Below, one piece after another: positions 38,423 to 47,999 of a stretch of 64,000 nucleotides of DNA. Every line of letters starts with the position of its first letter. Position 1 is the stretch's first letter. The stretch comes from an uncultured Alphaproteobacteria bacterium (GTDB taxonomy: Bacteria; Electryoneota; RPQS01), in contig CAZPKG010000011.1 in assembly GCA_964587105.1 (NCBI GenBank), forward strand, positions 28,309 to 92,308, given 5' to 3'. Both the position numbers and the translations under genes were made by a program. The notes below the pieces were generated by a model that was given only the letters and a program-made list of their open reading frames with translations, had not been told where the DNA came from and did no database searches.

Positions 38423-38639
38423 ACTACCTAATTGCTGACAAAACCAGTCATATTAATCTCTTCGTAAAGTAATAAGGAGAGTTAAAGGAGTCAAGTAGGT
38501 TTATCACCTATGTTATTAGTGACTTAGGGGGTCAATTTCCGTTTAAGCATATTGCCCACAGAAAGTTACGTTGCGAGACTGCAACACTGACCCGAGGCGG
38601 TTCTAAAAGTAACTCCTCCTTTCTCCCCAAGAAAAGAAA

Positions 38640-38665
38640 CAGGGTGCCCCAACTGGGGCACCCTG
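38640..38665 (-). terminator. Rho-independent terminator after S1 protease/T9SS gene
   Basis: gaaaagaaa-cagggtgcccc-aact-ggggcaccctg. Confidence 0.6.
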
Positions 38666-38714
38666 TGAATCCTACCATTGCTGAGCCGAAACCCGCAAGG
38701 GCGGGTTAGTTCAG

Positions 38715-41186
38715 TTATTTCATCAAGAGCATCTTCTTGGATTCGACGAATCCATTGGCTTCGAGGCGGTACACGTAGACGCCGCTGGCCATTGAGGATG
38801 CGTCGAATTTAACCGTGAACCGGCCGGCTTCGTGATGGCCCGTGGCGAGTGTGGCAACTTCGCGGCCCAGAACATCAAAGACCTTCAAGCTAACGTCGCC
38901 TGCATTCAGCAAGTCGTAGGCAATCGTGGTCGAAGGATTGAACGGATTCGGATAGTTTTGATGCAGCGCGTACTCTTCCGGTAACATACCCTTGTTGGGG
39001 TCGGCCATCTCAATTGCAATCACACCATTGTCGTCATTCGGGCCGTTCGGATTCGGGCAAGCTGTTCCGGTGACGCTCAGAGTATAGGCTCCGCGACGAG
39101 TCGAATAGCCGTGCACCATCAGCCAGTAGGTTTGATTGGCATTGGCGGTGAAGGTAATTTGGCTTGAGGTGCCGCAGAAGTCGTCGTTACAGGCAACCAA
39201 AGTCGTACCGGGGCAGGCGCCGCTGGTGCGAATGCCAAGGCCTGTGTCGTAGCCTGATCCGCACAGTGAAACGGTGACAACTCGACAGGTCGGCAGCGTC
39301 AGTGCATAGACGTGTTCCCGCGAACTTGCGCCCACGCAATCGGCGTAATTATTGACCGCATTGGTAGTGTTGCCGGTTGTGGAATAGGGAACTGCCGTAA
39401 TTGCGACACCGGGGCAGACGTCGGGATTGCCGCCACCGCCGCTGCAAGCGACACCGGTGACGTTCATCGTGAAGTTGCCGCTGTTGGTCGAATAGCCGTG
39501 CACACGAATCCAATAAGTCGTGTTGGCGTTGGCGGTAAAGGACACAACCGAGGACGTGGAGCCGCTGCCGCACGCCGTTGCATCATCGTTGCAGGCAACT
39601 TGCGTTGTGCCGGGACAACTGCCGCCGCTATAGATTCCGAGGCCGGTATCATAGCTTGATCCGCACAGTGAAACAGTTACCGTTTGACAGGTCGCGAGAT
39701 TCAAGCTATAGATAACTTCTTTTGAAGTTGCGCCGACGCAATTGGTGTAGTTGTTGTTTGCGGTTGCCGTTGTGCCGGAGGTTGAATACGGCAGAGATGC
39801 AATGGCCGTACCGGGGCAAAGGTCGTTGACTGGTGCGCCGCCACCACCGCCGCCCGTACCGTTCAAACCATCGAGCGTATTGGGAGCGGTACCGTTCGGA
39901 TCGAGCCAGTTGCTCAAACGAGTTGAACTCGTTCCGCCGCCGGCCCAACTGTAGGCGAACTTTCCAAAGTAGTCGTTGACATTATTTGTGCACGTCGCGT
40001 CGCCGCCGTGCAATTGGCCGATGATGCGCGAGTTCTGATCAAATAGCGGCGAGCCCGAGGAGCCCGGTTCGGTGGTGCCGTCATCCCATGCGCCGATGTT
40101 CCAATGGTTGTCACCTGTGGTGTACCAGCCGCTCGAAGTGGGTGCATTGTTGTCAAATGAGATCTTCTTAATATCGCCGCTTGGATGATGAATGCAAATC
40201 GAATTCGTCGAGGGTGAGTTCACACGGTTCCAGCCGTTGTAATACGGGTTGTAGGTCGAAGGCGGTGTGCTTGACAATTGCAGCAATGCGAAGTCGGATG
40301 TGCTCCAGCTTGCGCGCAAGGTTGCGTTGGCAACGGTTTGATTGGTCGGGCCATCAACATTTGAGCAACTGGAACTCTCGTAATTGAACATGAACACCCA
40401 ACTGGCTTCGCCGCCCAAGCAGTGATAGGCAGTCAAAAAGTAGGGAGTTTGATTGGCGGCGGTGTTATTGACCAGCGAGCCGGTGCAAATGCGCGAGCCG
40501 CCGGAAAGAATCATGCAAACGCCGCGCTTTTCATCCTGCCAATTCGCACCTTCGGGGCAGTTGATGTTGTTGTTGCATGAGCCGGAGGAACCAAAGGCGT
40601 CAAGCGCACGGTCACGCGGACGGCTGAACACGTCGCGATAGCCGTGGTTGACGGTCATGATGGACAGCACACTTTGATTACGCACATTGGCGGGTTCGAG
40701 ATACTCCAAAGTAATCGCCGAACCTTTCACGGGCTGTGTGATGTTCGTGCCATTATCCCAATTGTTGAAACTTGTGAAGGCACCGATGACTTGCGAACGG
40801 TCGTCGTTATAGATGAACAGTTGTCCGCCTTTGGGAATAAACCATTGATCGTAAACCAAACCGATCGTATTGGCATTCTGTGACGCAATGCGCAAGCGCC
40901 ACAGACGGTCTCCGCTCGGAAGATTCTCCCACATTCCGCTGTTCGTGAGGTTCAGATTGACGGGAAGTTCGGCCGCAAACCTGAGCGGAACGTCCTTTCC
41001 TTCGGCTTCATCTTCAGCCATCAGCGCAAGATGATCTTGATAGACCATCGTTACGGTTGGCACGTTGGCGGACACGGCCCATTCTTCACTTGGCGGAGTG
41101 CCACCCGCCGAAATCTGCGCATACCCCATCTGACTTGCGGCCAAACATACAGCCGCCACAAAGACCCACCGATACAGCTTACACAT
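38715..41186 (-). CDS. Secreted S1-family (trypsin/lysyl-endopeptidase-like) serine protease with two PPC-like domains and T9SS CTD
   Basis: Catalytic triad context TAYHC ... DFALLQL ... GSSGSPLF. Two GAPVNDLCPGTAIASLPYS...YWIRVHGYST..G.FT.NVTG domains. Canonical CTD. Start set to MCKLYRWVFVAAVCLAASQ (41186), which has RBS GGGAG. The long upstream extension is probably 5' UTR. Confidence 0.8.
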   Translation of the reverse strand: MCKLYRWVFVAAVCLAASQMGYAQISAGGTPPSEEWAVSANVPTVTMVYQDHLALMAEDEAEGKDVPLRFAAELPVNLNLTNSGMWENLPSGDRLWRLRIASQNANTIGLVYDQWFIPKGGQLFIYNDDRSQVIGAFTSFNNWDNGTNITQPVKGSAITLEYLEPANVRNQSVLSIMTVNHGYRDVFSRPRDRALDAFGSSGSCNNNINCPEGANWQDEKRGVCMILSGGSRICTGSLVNNTAANQTPYFLTAYHCLGGEASWVFMFNYESSSCSNVDGPTNQTVANATLRASWSTSDFALLQLSSTPPSTYNPYYNGWNRVNSPSTNSICIHHPSGDIKKISFDNNAPTSSGWYTTGDNHWNIGAWDDGTTEPGSSGSPLFDQNSRIIGQLHGGDATCTNNVNDYFGKFAYSWAGGGTSSTRLSNWLDPNGTAPNTLDGLNGTGGGGGGAPVNDLCPGTAIASLPYSTSGTTATANNNYTNCVGATSKEVIYSLNLATCQTVTVSLCGSSYDTGLGIYSGGSCPGTTQVACNDDATACGSGSTSSVVSFTANANTTYWIRVHGYSTNSGNFTMNVTGVACSGGGGNPDVCPGVAITAVPYSTTGNTTNAVNNYADCVGASSREHVYALTLPTCRVVTVSLCGSGYDTGLGIRTSGACPGTTLVACNDDFCGTSSQITFTANANQTYWLMVHGYSTRRGAYTLSVTGTACPNPNGPNDDNGVIAIEMADPNKGMLPEEYALHQNYPNPFNPSTTIAYDLLNAGDVSLKVFDVLGREVATLATGHHEAGRFTVKFDASSMASGVYVYRLEANGFVESKKMLLMK

Positions 41187-41436
41187 ACTCTTGCTCCCGT
41201 TTACTAAGTTTTTTGCCAGGTGATGCCGCCGACAGATTGACGACACTCCTGTAATTGCGCTAAACTGCTCCTTCTTCCCAAGGAGGATAAGTAGCTTAGC
41301 GGAAATGTCCCGAATTGTCAAGACCCTCACCACTTGCCCACAAAATAAACGGTGTTCACCAATAGCAAAATCAAAAGAAGGTTGCCAAAACGAAACAGAC
41401 GGCCCGAAGGCCGCCTGCGACAGAAAAGCCGGTGCC

Positions 41437-43602
41437 TTAGTCAATCACACTTGACGTGACCACGTAGAAGTGGCTGTCAAAGGGTGAAGCGAGGACATTG
41501 AGATCGGTGTAGGATGTGGCCAGAGTTGTGGCGATAAGATTTGTTGGAATGATCTCAACGTCCGGGGTGGTTGAGCGGTAGATGTGATACTCGATGGGTT
41601 CACAGGGAAACCCTGTCCAGTTCAACACAACGCTCTCGTTTGAACGGATAATTGTTAGGGAGTCGGGAGTCAAGTCGCCGGGAGGAAGTTGAAACGGAGA
41701 TAACTCGATGGTCAGGAAGTATGGATTCGTGGCAAACGGATCCGTGCGCATCACGTAAACGTCGAGTATCGAGTTAGACGGAGAGGAAGCTGGGATCACA
41801 ATCATGCCGCACGAACACACGTCGCAATAGAGCGTCAAGTTGCCACCAAAGAACATACTCGCAGCCAACGCATACCCCGGAGAATTGCATAGTGTAACTA
41901 AGTACGTGCACGAGGGGCAATTGGGGCGGGAGTATCGGAACACGTGCTCTGCACTGGAAGCTTGGCCGCAACGATCCGGGCCCCAATCGCAGATCGGAAA
42001 GCCTGAGGCATAAAATGGCAAGCCCAGTAAGGTGAAGAGATTTTCAGACCGAAACAAATGCAACGTGAAGTTGCCCGATGCACCCGTTGAGTCGTCAATC
42101 CGCAGGTAGTACTCACTGGCCGGTACCAGAGTGCGCCGTCCGCCCGCGCCGCAACTGTCCCCAAACACGAATGCCGGTGTCAGATTTCCGCACGTTCCGG
42201 TGTAGGCGTCCACGTAGGGCGAAAACCCTATGCCTTCTGTTAAGACGTCCATGCAAGTGCTGCTTGTATTGGTCACCCGATAAAACACGTCCGGGCCGAT
42301 GCCGACACCACAGCCAAGCGAGCTATTGCTTGCGGCGATTGTGCTGCCATTGACCGCGACGTGTGTTCCGCTAAAGAGCAGGGGAATCGCAGTCGCGCAC
42401 TCGTCGCCCGGAGGGGTCACGCTTAACTCGTAATACCCGCTTTCAGACCCCGCTCCATCCACAACGATCAAATATGTAACCCCGGCCACGAATTGATAGC
42501 GAAGTTGGCTTTGCAGGCCGCACGCATTGTCATTGCAGGCCACCGGATTCAGATTGTTGCAACTGCCGAAGGGGCTTTCATAGATCTGCAATACGGTGTT
42601 AAAGCTACTGCCGCAGGTGGAAACGTCAAGAAGTGCCGTTGATGCCGGAGTGAAACGATAAACGTCGTCGCGGTTCCCGCCCAAATTGCAACTTCCCAAA
42701 TCGTCGGCAGAGAAATTCGTGTTGCCTGTTATGTAGAATGGAATATTCTCGATTACCCGTCCGAGGCAGCTGTCGCGCTCCTCTTCGACCAGCAGATTCA
42801 TGAAGTTCGCCGCAGGTGTCCGGTGATCGAGAACGATGTAGTAAACCGTGTTGGCCAGAAACGTGTACGTGAGCCGGGCTTCCGTACCACATGCGTTGTC
42901 ATTGCAGGCGACGCTGAAGGAATTAAAGCAGGTGCCGTCCACGCTTTGGACGATTTCGATAATTGTGTCTTCGGAACCGAACAGACATGAGCTGACCAGA
43001 CAGCGCCGAGTCTCCGCGAACTCCACGCGAAAGAATTGGTCCGGTCCGGATTGGGTTGTTCCACACAGGTTCACTTCATTCTGAATTCCAGCGGCAGGTT
43101 GGAAGTGCGAAAATGGAAGCTCGGTAACCTCGACTCCGGGGCAAATATCCGCATAATCCGGCAGGCGAAAAATCTGAAATGTGTAAGCTATGTCGCGGAC
43201 TTGCTCAAGCCCGATCACGCCGATTTCAATCACAACGGTTTGCCCCTGCGTCAAGGCCAAGGGATGCCCGGGAGTTTGGTCAATCGAACCCAGTTCTATT
43301 AGAATAGAATTGCCGGAACAGCAGGTACCGTCGGTCCACAAACGCATCCGGTAGTTGTCGCTGTTTGTGCTTCCTGTCATGGTAAACCTATACGTGTCCG
43401 CTGCCGGTGCGGTAAAAGTGTAGAACACGTCGTTAACGGGGTCACCTATACAAGACGGACCGTTGCTTACGTCCAGGACACCTTCGTCTCTAAACGGAAC
43501 CGAGGTCACTACTGTTGCGGATTCGCATGACGGGCCTCCGGCGGCTAAGGCGAATTGAACCGCAAACACTACAGGCAAGAGTCTAATTACAAACGACTTC
43601 AT
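41437..43602 (-). CDS. Secreted Cys-rich multidomain protein (PPC-like domains, C-terminal Fn3-like domain)
   Basis: Start at MKSFVIRLLPVVFAVQFALAAG (RBS AAGGAG). DVFYTF...YRFTM domain type. Fn3-like C-terminus (EYHIYRSTTP...FYVVTS). Confidence 0.75.
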   Translation of the reverse strand: MKSFVIRLLPVVFAVQFALAAGGPSCESATVVTSVPFRDEGVLDVSNGPSCIGDPVNDVFYTFTAPAADTYRFTMTGSTNSDNYRMRLWTDGTCCSGNSILIELGSIDQTPGHPLALTQGQTVVIEIGVIGLEQVRDIAYTFQIFRLPDYADICPGVEVTELPFSHFQPAAGIQNEVNLCGTTQSGPDQFFRVEFAETRRCLVSSCLFGSEDTIIEIVQSVDGTCFNSFSVACNDNACGTEARLTYTFLANTVYYIVLDHRTPAANFMNLLVEEERDSCLGRVIENIPFYITGNTNFSADDLGSCNLGGNRDDVYRFTPASTALLDVSTCGSSFNTVLQIYESPFGSCNNLNPVACNDNACGLQSQLRYQFVAGVTYLIVVDGAGSESGYYELSVTPPGDECATAIPLLFSGTHVAVNGSTIAASNSSLGCGVGIGPDVFYRVTNTSSTCMDVLTEGIGFSPYVDAYTGTCGNLTPAFVFGDSCGAGGRRTLVPASEYYLRIDDSTGASGNFTLHLFRSENLFTLLGLPFYASGFPICDWGPDRCGQASSAEHVFRYSRPNCPSCTYLVTLCNSPGYALAASMFFGGNLTLYCDVCSCGMIVIPASSPSNSILDVYVMRTDPFATNPYFLTIELSPFQLPPGDLTPDSLTIIRSNESVVLNWTGFPCEPIEYHIYRSTTPDVEIIPTNLIATTLATSYTDLNVLASPFDSHFYVVTSSVID

Positions 43603-43691
43603 CCGAGTCTCCTTAGTATTTGCTGCAATATAACAACGGAATATGACCAAAACAAGAATATTTGTGATTCAACAAGAATTTCCAAGAAAAA

Positions 43692-43716
43692 CGGGCGGCT
43701 TCAGTGAAGCCGCCCG
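43692..43716 (-). terminator. Rho-independent terminator after giant S1 protease gene
   Basis: agaaaaa-cgggcggcttc-agt-gaagccgcccg. Confidence 0.65.
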
Positions 43717-43741
43717 CACAAGAGAAAAGGTATTGTGCAAG

Positions 43742-46700
43742 TTATTTGCCGACGGACTTTTCTTCGACTTCGTTGTTGTCTTGGATGTGCGGATTTGAAA
43801 TCTCGACTGAGTTCACCGCCTGATCTTTAGGAAGCTGATCACCAATGGCCATAAGTCCCGGACCGTCCGCGCCGACGGCTACGACTTGGAAGAAGCCCAT
43901 CATATCGGGTGTGCTCAGGCCGCCGCTGACAGTGGCCTGAGGTGAGGTTGTGGTTAAGATCAGATTGCCCGGTGCGACAATAGCGGCTTGATTTGTCGAG
44001 TAGTAAACCTGATAAGACAGGGCATTGGCGGTCGCTCCCCAATAAAGGAAGATGTCGTCGCTGCCGTCATTGGCCAGAATGACCAGATCGTCAACAGGGT
44101 CAGGCGTCGGCGCAACGCACGGAGTTCCGCTTACGTTGATGACGTAGTTACCGCAATTCGTGCTGAAGCCGTGCACGAGGAATTGATAGTTGGTGTTGGC
44201 TTGCGCTTGGAAGGTGGCGGTGCTTTGAAGAACGTAATTCCCGCCGCAATAATTGTCGTCATTGCAGACAATCAGCGGAGCGATATTCGGGCAAACGCCG
44301 CCGTAGATTCCCAGACCGGTGTCGTAGTTTGAACCACAGAGCGAAACCGTGACGTCCTGACAGGTATTCGAGTAGTAGTTGTAAACCATCTCGCGCGAAT
44401 CTACGCCGACGCATGGCGTGTAGTTGTCAGCCATGCAGCAAGTGTTGCCGTAATCGGTGAACGGGAGCGAGGGCACATTGATGCCTGGGCAAACGTCGCC
44501 GTAGGGCATGCCCTGCGGTGCGCCGCCGGAAACATAAAGCATGAACTGTCCGGCAGCGTCGTTGTATCCGCTTACGATGATGTAGTAAGTGCGGTTGGCT
44601 TCCGCGTTGAACAAGACAGAACTTTTGAGACCGTTATTGCCGCAGGCATCATCGTTCCACGCAACGACCGTTGAGCCCGGGCACGGTCCTCCCGTGCGGA
44701 CTTCGAGGCCTGTGTCGAACAGTGTTAGTGCATCGTCACAGGTGTGAACCTGAAGCACTTGACAAACAGGTGAGGTGTATTGGAAAAATACCTCTTTCGA
44801 GCTGGGGCCTACGATAGTTGCAAAATCATCCGACGCAGGCCGCGTATCGCCGAAATCGTTAAACGGCAGACCGGTGATTACATACGGTGTTTCGCAGTCA
44901 TCGTTGTACACTTCGAGTTCGAGTGACGACATTCCTTCCGCGCCGTTAAATCCGTCCATGTGAATGTAGTATGTCGCACCGGCGCCGGCATCAAATACGA
45001 CGGTACTCGCAAGAGGATCTCCACCGCAAGTGTAATCGTCGTTACAGCCCGCGCTCCACGTTCCCGGACAGGCGCCGCCATAGCGCACGTCGAGAATCGT
45101 GTCAAAGTTTGTGAAGCAGGTTTTCGCGCGCATGGTTTGGTTATACGGTGAAACCCAATACCAATGCACATCCTGACCGTCCTGAGTCGGGCGGCATTCG
45201 GGGTTCACGTCGTCGTTGCCGCACCACGTCGCGCCATAAGTGAAATAGGGAATCTCGGTGATTTGATAGCCGGGACACTGTGCGTTGCCTTGCGCACCGG
45301 CGGCAACACCGGTTACATTCAGCGTAAAGTTACCCCAAGACGAGGCATAACCTTCTAAAACGATGAGATAAGGCACGCCGCCCTGCGCAGTGAAGGTCAC
45401 TTGACTTTGCGCGCCACAGAAGTCGTCATTACAGCCCGCGCTCGTAAACCACTGCATACATGCGCCGATCTGGAAAATGAAAAGCTGAGTGTCAAAGTTC
45501 GAGCCGCAAGTTGAGACGGTGACCGTATGATCACACGGCAACTGAAGCTGGTACATTACTTCGGGAGAAGTGTTTGTGTTGCAGCCACTCACGGTGTTGA
45601 AATTATTGGCGGCAAATTGCGTGCTGCCGGAAACGGAGAAGGGAAGCGTTGTGATTGTGGTGAAGCCGGGTTGTCCGCACGAATCGTTGGGCGGGCCAAA
45701 CGGCTGCCAGTAGTTACCTGTTTGCGAGCCGCTGTTGTTGGGATCAAGCCAATCACGCACGCGGCTTGAGGAATTTCCGCCGCCATCCCAACTTGAAGAG
45801 AGTTTGCCATAACGATCCAGCTGACTGGGCATTCCACAGCCGGAGAGACCGCCGTGCAGCTGACCAATAACGCGGCCACTGCTGGCGATCAACGGAGAAC
45901 CTGAAGAGCCGCCTTCGGTGACGCCGTTATCCCAATCCACGCGCCAATGTGTGTTAGGAAAGCTGCCGTTCCAATCGGCGCTCACGGGTGCTGAATAATC
46001 TTCACTGCCTTTCTTCACATCGCCGGAAGGATGGTGAATACCATAGGTTGAGCCCGGAGCAGTGCCACCACGATCCCAGCCCATGAATGCGGGAATATAG
46101 CCCGTGTTCGGACGCGGACGCGACAGACGCAAAAGTGCGAAATCCGAGTTTACCCAGTTGGCCAACAAGCTCGCGTTGGCGATGACGCTGTTGGTCGGGC
46201 CGTCGGTGTTGGGTGAGCACGCTGCGCTTTCATAATTAAAGACAAACTGCCAATTGGTGTGATTACCGTTCAAGCAATGATCGGCAGTCAGAAATAGCGG
46301 ATCACCGTTTTGAAGGGTGTTGTTTAGCATCGTGCCGCTGCACCAACGACCGACAGACGGATCAAAGATCATCGCAACGGCACGCTTTTCTTCCTGCATG
46401 TAGCCGAAGCAGTTGATGTTGACGTTACAGGCGCCTGAGCTGCCAAAAACGTCGAGCGGATCGCGCTCACGGACATCGTCTCGGTTAAACATGTGTCGGT
46501 AGCCGTGCAACACGGTTTGGATTGACAGCTCGTTTGTGCCTTCTGTCCCTTCAGGGATGACGAGTTCAATCGTCATGGCGCTGCCGATGATGAACGGCGA
46601 GATGTTCGTGCCGTCCCAATTGTCAATGTAAGTGAACGGCCCTTCGACTTGGGTGTGGGAATCGTTGTAGTAATAGATTTCGCACGGCTTGACCAGCTGC

Positions 46701-47071
46701 CAGCCGTCGAAGTGAAGACAGAGATCGGTTGCGTCGGGAGATTCAATCCGCAATCTCCAAACACGTGCGCCGTTAGGGAGAGTTTCCCAACTGCCGGAAT
46801 TGCTGAGATTCAGATGAACGGGCAGCGGAATTGACGAGCGAAACGGAATAGACTCGCCCGACAAACGCGCGGCCTCAATTTCTGATTCGTCTTCAGCCTT
46901 GAAGACACTGTTGTCCTGCAACGGCATCACAACTGAGCTTGGCGCGGGCACGGAAAATTGCATGCTGGGCGCTTGAACCGGCAGATTGACGGCTTGGTAC
47001 TGTGCCATTGCAAGTGAACTGCCCAGACACAGAAGCACAAGCAAATACATCGATAATCTTAACTTCTTCAT
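43742..47071 (-). CDS. Giant secreted S1-family serine protease with five PPC-like domains and a C-terminal Fn3-like domain
   Basis: Signal peptide MKKLRLSMYLLVLLCLGSSLAMA. LTADHCLNG ... DFALLRL ... GGSSGSPLI protease domain, a paralog of the 38715 protein. Repeated C.G..IT.IPY...G.T domains. C-terminus LSYQVYYSTN...FFQVVAVGADG is Fn3-like, with no T9SS CTD. Confidence 0.8.
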   Translation of the reverse strand: MKKLRLSMYLLVLLCLGSSLAMAQYQAVNLPVQAPSMQFSVPAPSSVVMPLQDNSVFKAEDESEIEAARLSGESIPFRSSIPLPVHLNLSNSGSWETLPNGARVWRLRIESPDATDLCLHFDGWQLVKPCEIYYYNDSHTQVEGPFTYIDNWDGTNISPFIIGSAMTIELVIPEGTEGTNELSIQTVLHGYRHMFNRDDVRERDPLDVFGSSGACNVNINCFGYMQEEKRAVAMIFDPSVGRWCSGTMLNNTLQNGDPLFLTADHCLNGNHTNWQFVFNYESAACSPNTDGPTNSVIANASLLANWVNSDFALLRLSRPRPNTGYIPAFMGWDRGGTAPGSTYGIHHPSGDVKKGSEDYSAPVSADWNGSFPNTHWRVDWDNGVTEGGSSGSPLIASSGRVIGQLHGGLSGCGMPSQLDRYGKLSSSWDGGGNSSSRVRDWLDPNNSGSQTGNYWQPFGPPNDSCGQPGFTTITTLPFSVSGSTQFAANNFNTVSGCNTNTSPEVMYQLQLPCDHTVTVSTCGSNFDTQLFIFQIGACMQWFTSAGCNDDFCGAQSQVTFTAQGGVPYLIVLEGYASSWGNFTLNVTGVAAGAQGNAQCPGYQITEIPYFTYGATWCGNDDVNPECRPTQDGQDVHWYWVSPYNQTMRAKTCFTNFDTILDVRYGGACPGTWSAGCNDDYTCGGDPLASTVVFDAGAGATYYIHMDGFNGAEGMSSLELEVYNDDCETPYVITGLPFNDFGDTRPASDDFATIVGPSSKEVFFQYTSPVCQVLQVHTCDDALTLFDTGLEVRTGGPCPGSTVVAWNDDACGNNGLKSSVLFNAEANRTYYIIVSGYNDAAGQFMLYVSGGAPQGMPYGDVCPGINVPSLPFTDYGNTCCMADNYTPCVGVDSREMVYNYYSNTCQDVTVSLCGSNYDTGLGIYGGVCPNIAPLIVCNDDNYCGGNYVLQSTATFQAQANTNYQFLVHGFSTNCGNYVINVSGTPCVAPTPDPVDDLVILANDGSDDIFLYWGATANALSYQVYYSTNQAAIVAPGNLILTTTSPQATVSGGLSTPDMMGFFQVVAVGADGPGLMAIGDQLPKDQAVNSVEISNPHIQDNNEVEEKSVGK

Positions 47072-47271
47072 AACTGCTCCCTTGTGGTTTGAAACGAGTG
47101 AACGCGTCGCCCAAACGGACGACGCGTTGCCCGATCACAAATTATCTAACTTAATGATTCAATTTAACGCATATTGGCGAATAGGTCAATGCTTGTCAAG
47201 TTTATTCCGCCAGAAACACAATTCTTACCTGTTTTCTAACCCTTTGTTAACTCTAACTGGAGTTCCACCTT

Positions 47272-47943
47272 ATGATTCTGCAGACCCGTTCCCACCCCAT
47301 CTCCCTCCTCAACTCACCTGAGCCGAACAGTCAGCTTGAAGCAATCAACCGTTTGCCGAATCCGCCGCTGATTCCGCTGGCGGCTGAAGATATTCATGTG
47401 CGCCGCTGCCGTTTGGCTGGTGATGCGATTGACGGTCATCTGGGCTGTTTTCGCACGAGCGATTTGGAAGACATTCTGAAGCTTGCGCACGGCGCGCCCG
47501 CATTGATCGGGCACAACCGTTATGCAATTGCCGTCGCGAGATTTTTTGGCGGCACCGTTGAAACACATCAGAACCACAAATACATCGTGCCGAATTTCTA
47601 TTGGCCGAAAGCGCACAGCGGCGCGGAAGACTTTCGCATTTTGCTTGACAGCGGCATCATCACCGAGGCCTCGATTGCGTTCACGTTCAACAAACCGAGT
47701 TGTTCTATTTGCGGCCACGATATTCGTGAATGCGAACACGATCCGGGCGTCATGTACGGGCAGCAACTCTGCCACTACTGGTATGACGGTGTAGATAGAG
47801 TGCTTGAAGGCAGCTTTGTCTATCGCGGCAGCGAGCCGGGAACAGGCGTGCTGGCAGAAATGAAAAATGTTCGCAGCGAACTAAAAAACCGCAGAATGAA
47901 ACTGCGGTTGGGGGGACGTGTGTACGAGGTTCTTCCTGCATAA
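47272..47943 (+). CDS. Phage prohead protease-like protein (HK97 gp4 / S78-like, putative) with C-terminal Cys/His cluster
   Basis: LIGHNRYAIAVARFFGG resembles the His block of prohead proteases (LLWGHD..PIGR). ITEASIAFTF resembles the GASIGF Ser block. CSICGHDIRECEHD is a possible metal site. RBS GGAG. The only plus-strand gene in this part of the window. Confidence 0.45.
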   Translation: MILQTRSHPISLLNSPEPNSQLEAINRLPNPPLIPLAAEDIHVRRCRLAGDAIDGHLGCFRTSDLEDILKLAHGAPALIGHNRYAIAVARFFGGTVETHQNHKYIVPNFYWPKAHSGAEDFRILLDSGIITEASIAFTFNKPSCSICGHDIRECEHDPGVMYGQQLCHYWYDGVDRVLEGSFVYRGSEPGTGVLAEMKNVRSELKNRRMKLRLGGRVYEVLPA

Positions 47944-47950
47944 CAACAAA

Positions 47951-47976
47951 GTGGGCCGGTCATCGAACCGGCCCAC
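47951..47976. terminator. Bidirectional terminator hairpin between prohead-protease-like gene (+) and LTD protein gene (-)
   Basis: caaa-gtgggccggt-tcatcga-accggcccac-ttg. Perfect 10-bp stem with an A-run on the left. Confidence 0.6.
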
Positions 47977-47999
47977 TTGAAGTCATTGTGAATTAGAAA

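Noticed and set aside
47102-47128. Perfect 8-bp stem hairpin aacgcgtcg-cccaaacgga-cgacgcgtt between the S1 protease gene start and the prohead-protease-like gene
   Set aside because: Lies upstream of both divergent starts, so it is not a terminator for either. It could be an operator or attenuator, but a single isolated palindrome is insufficient evidence.
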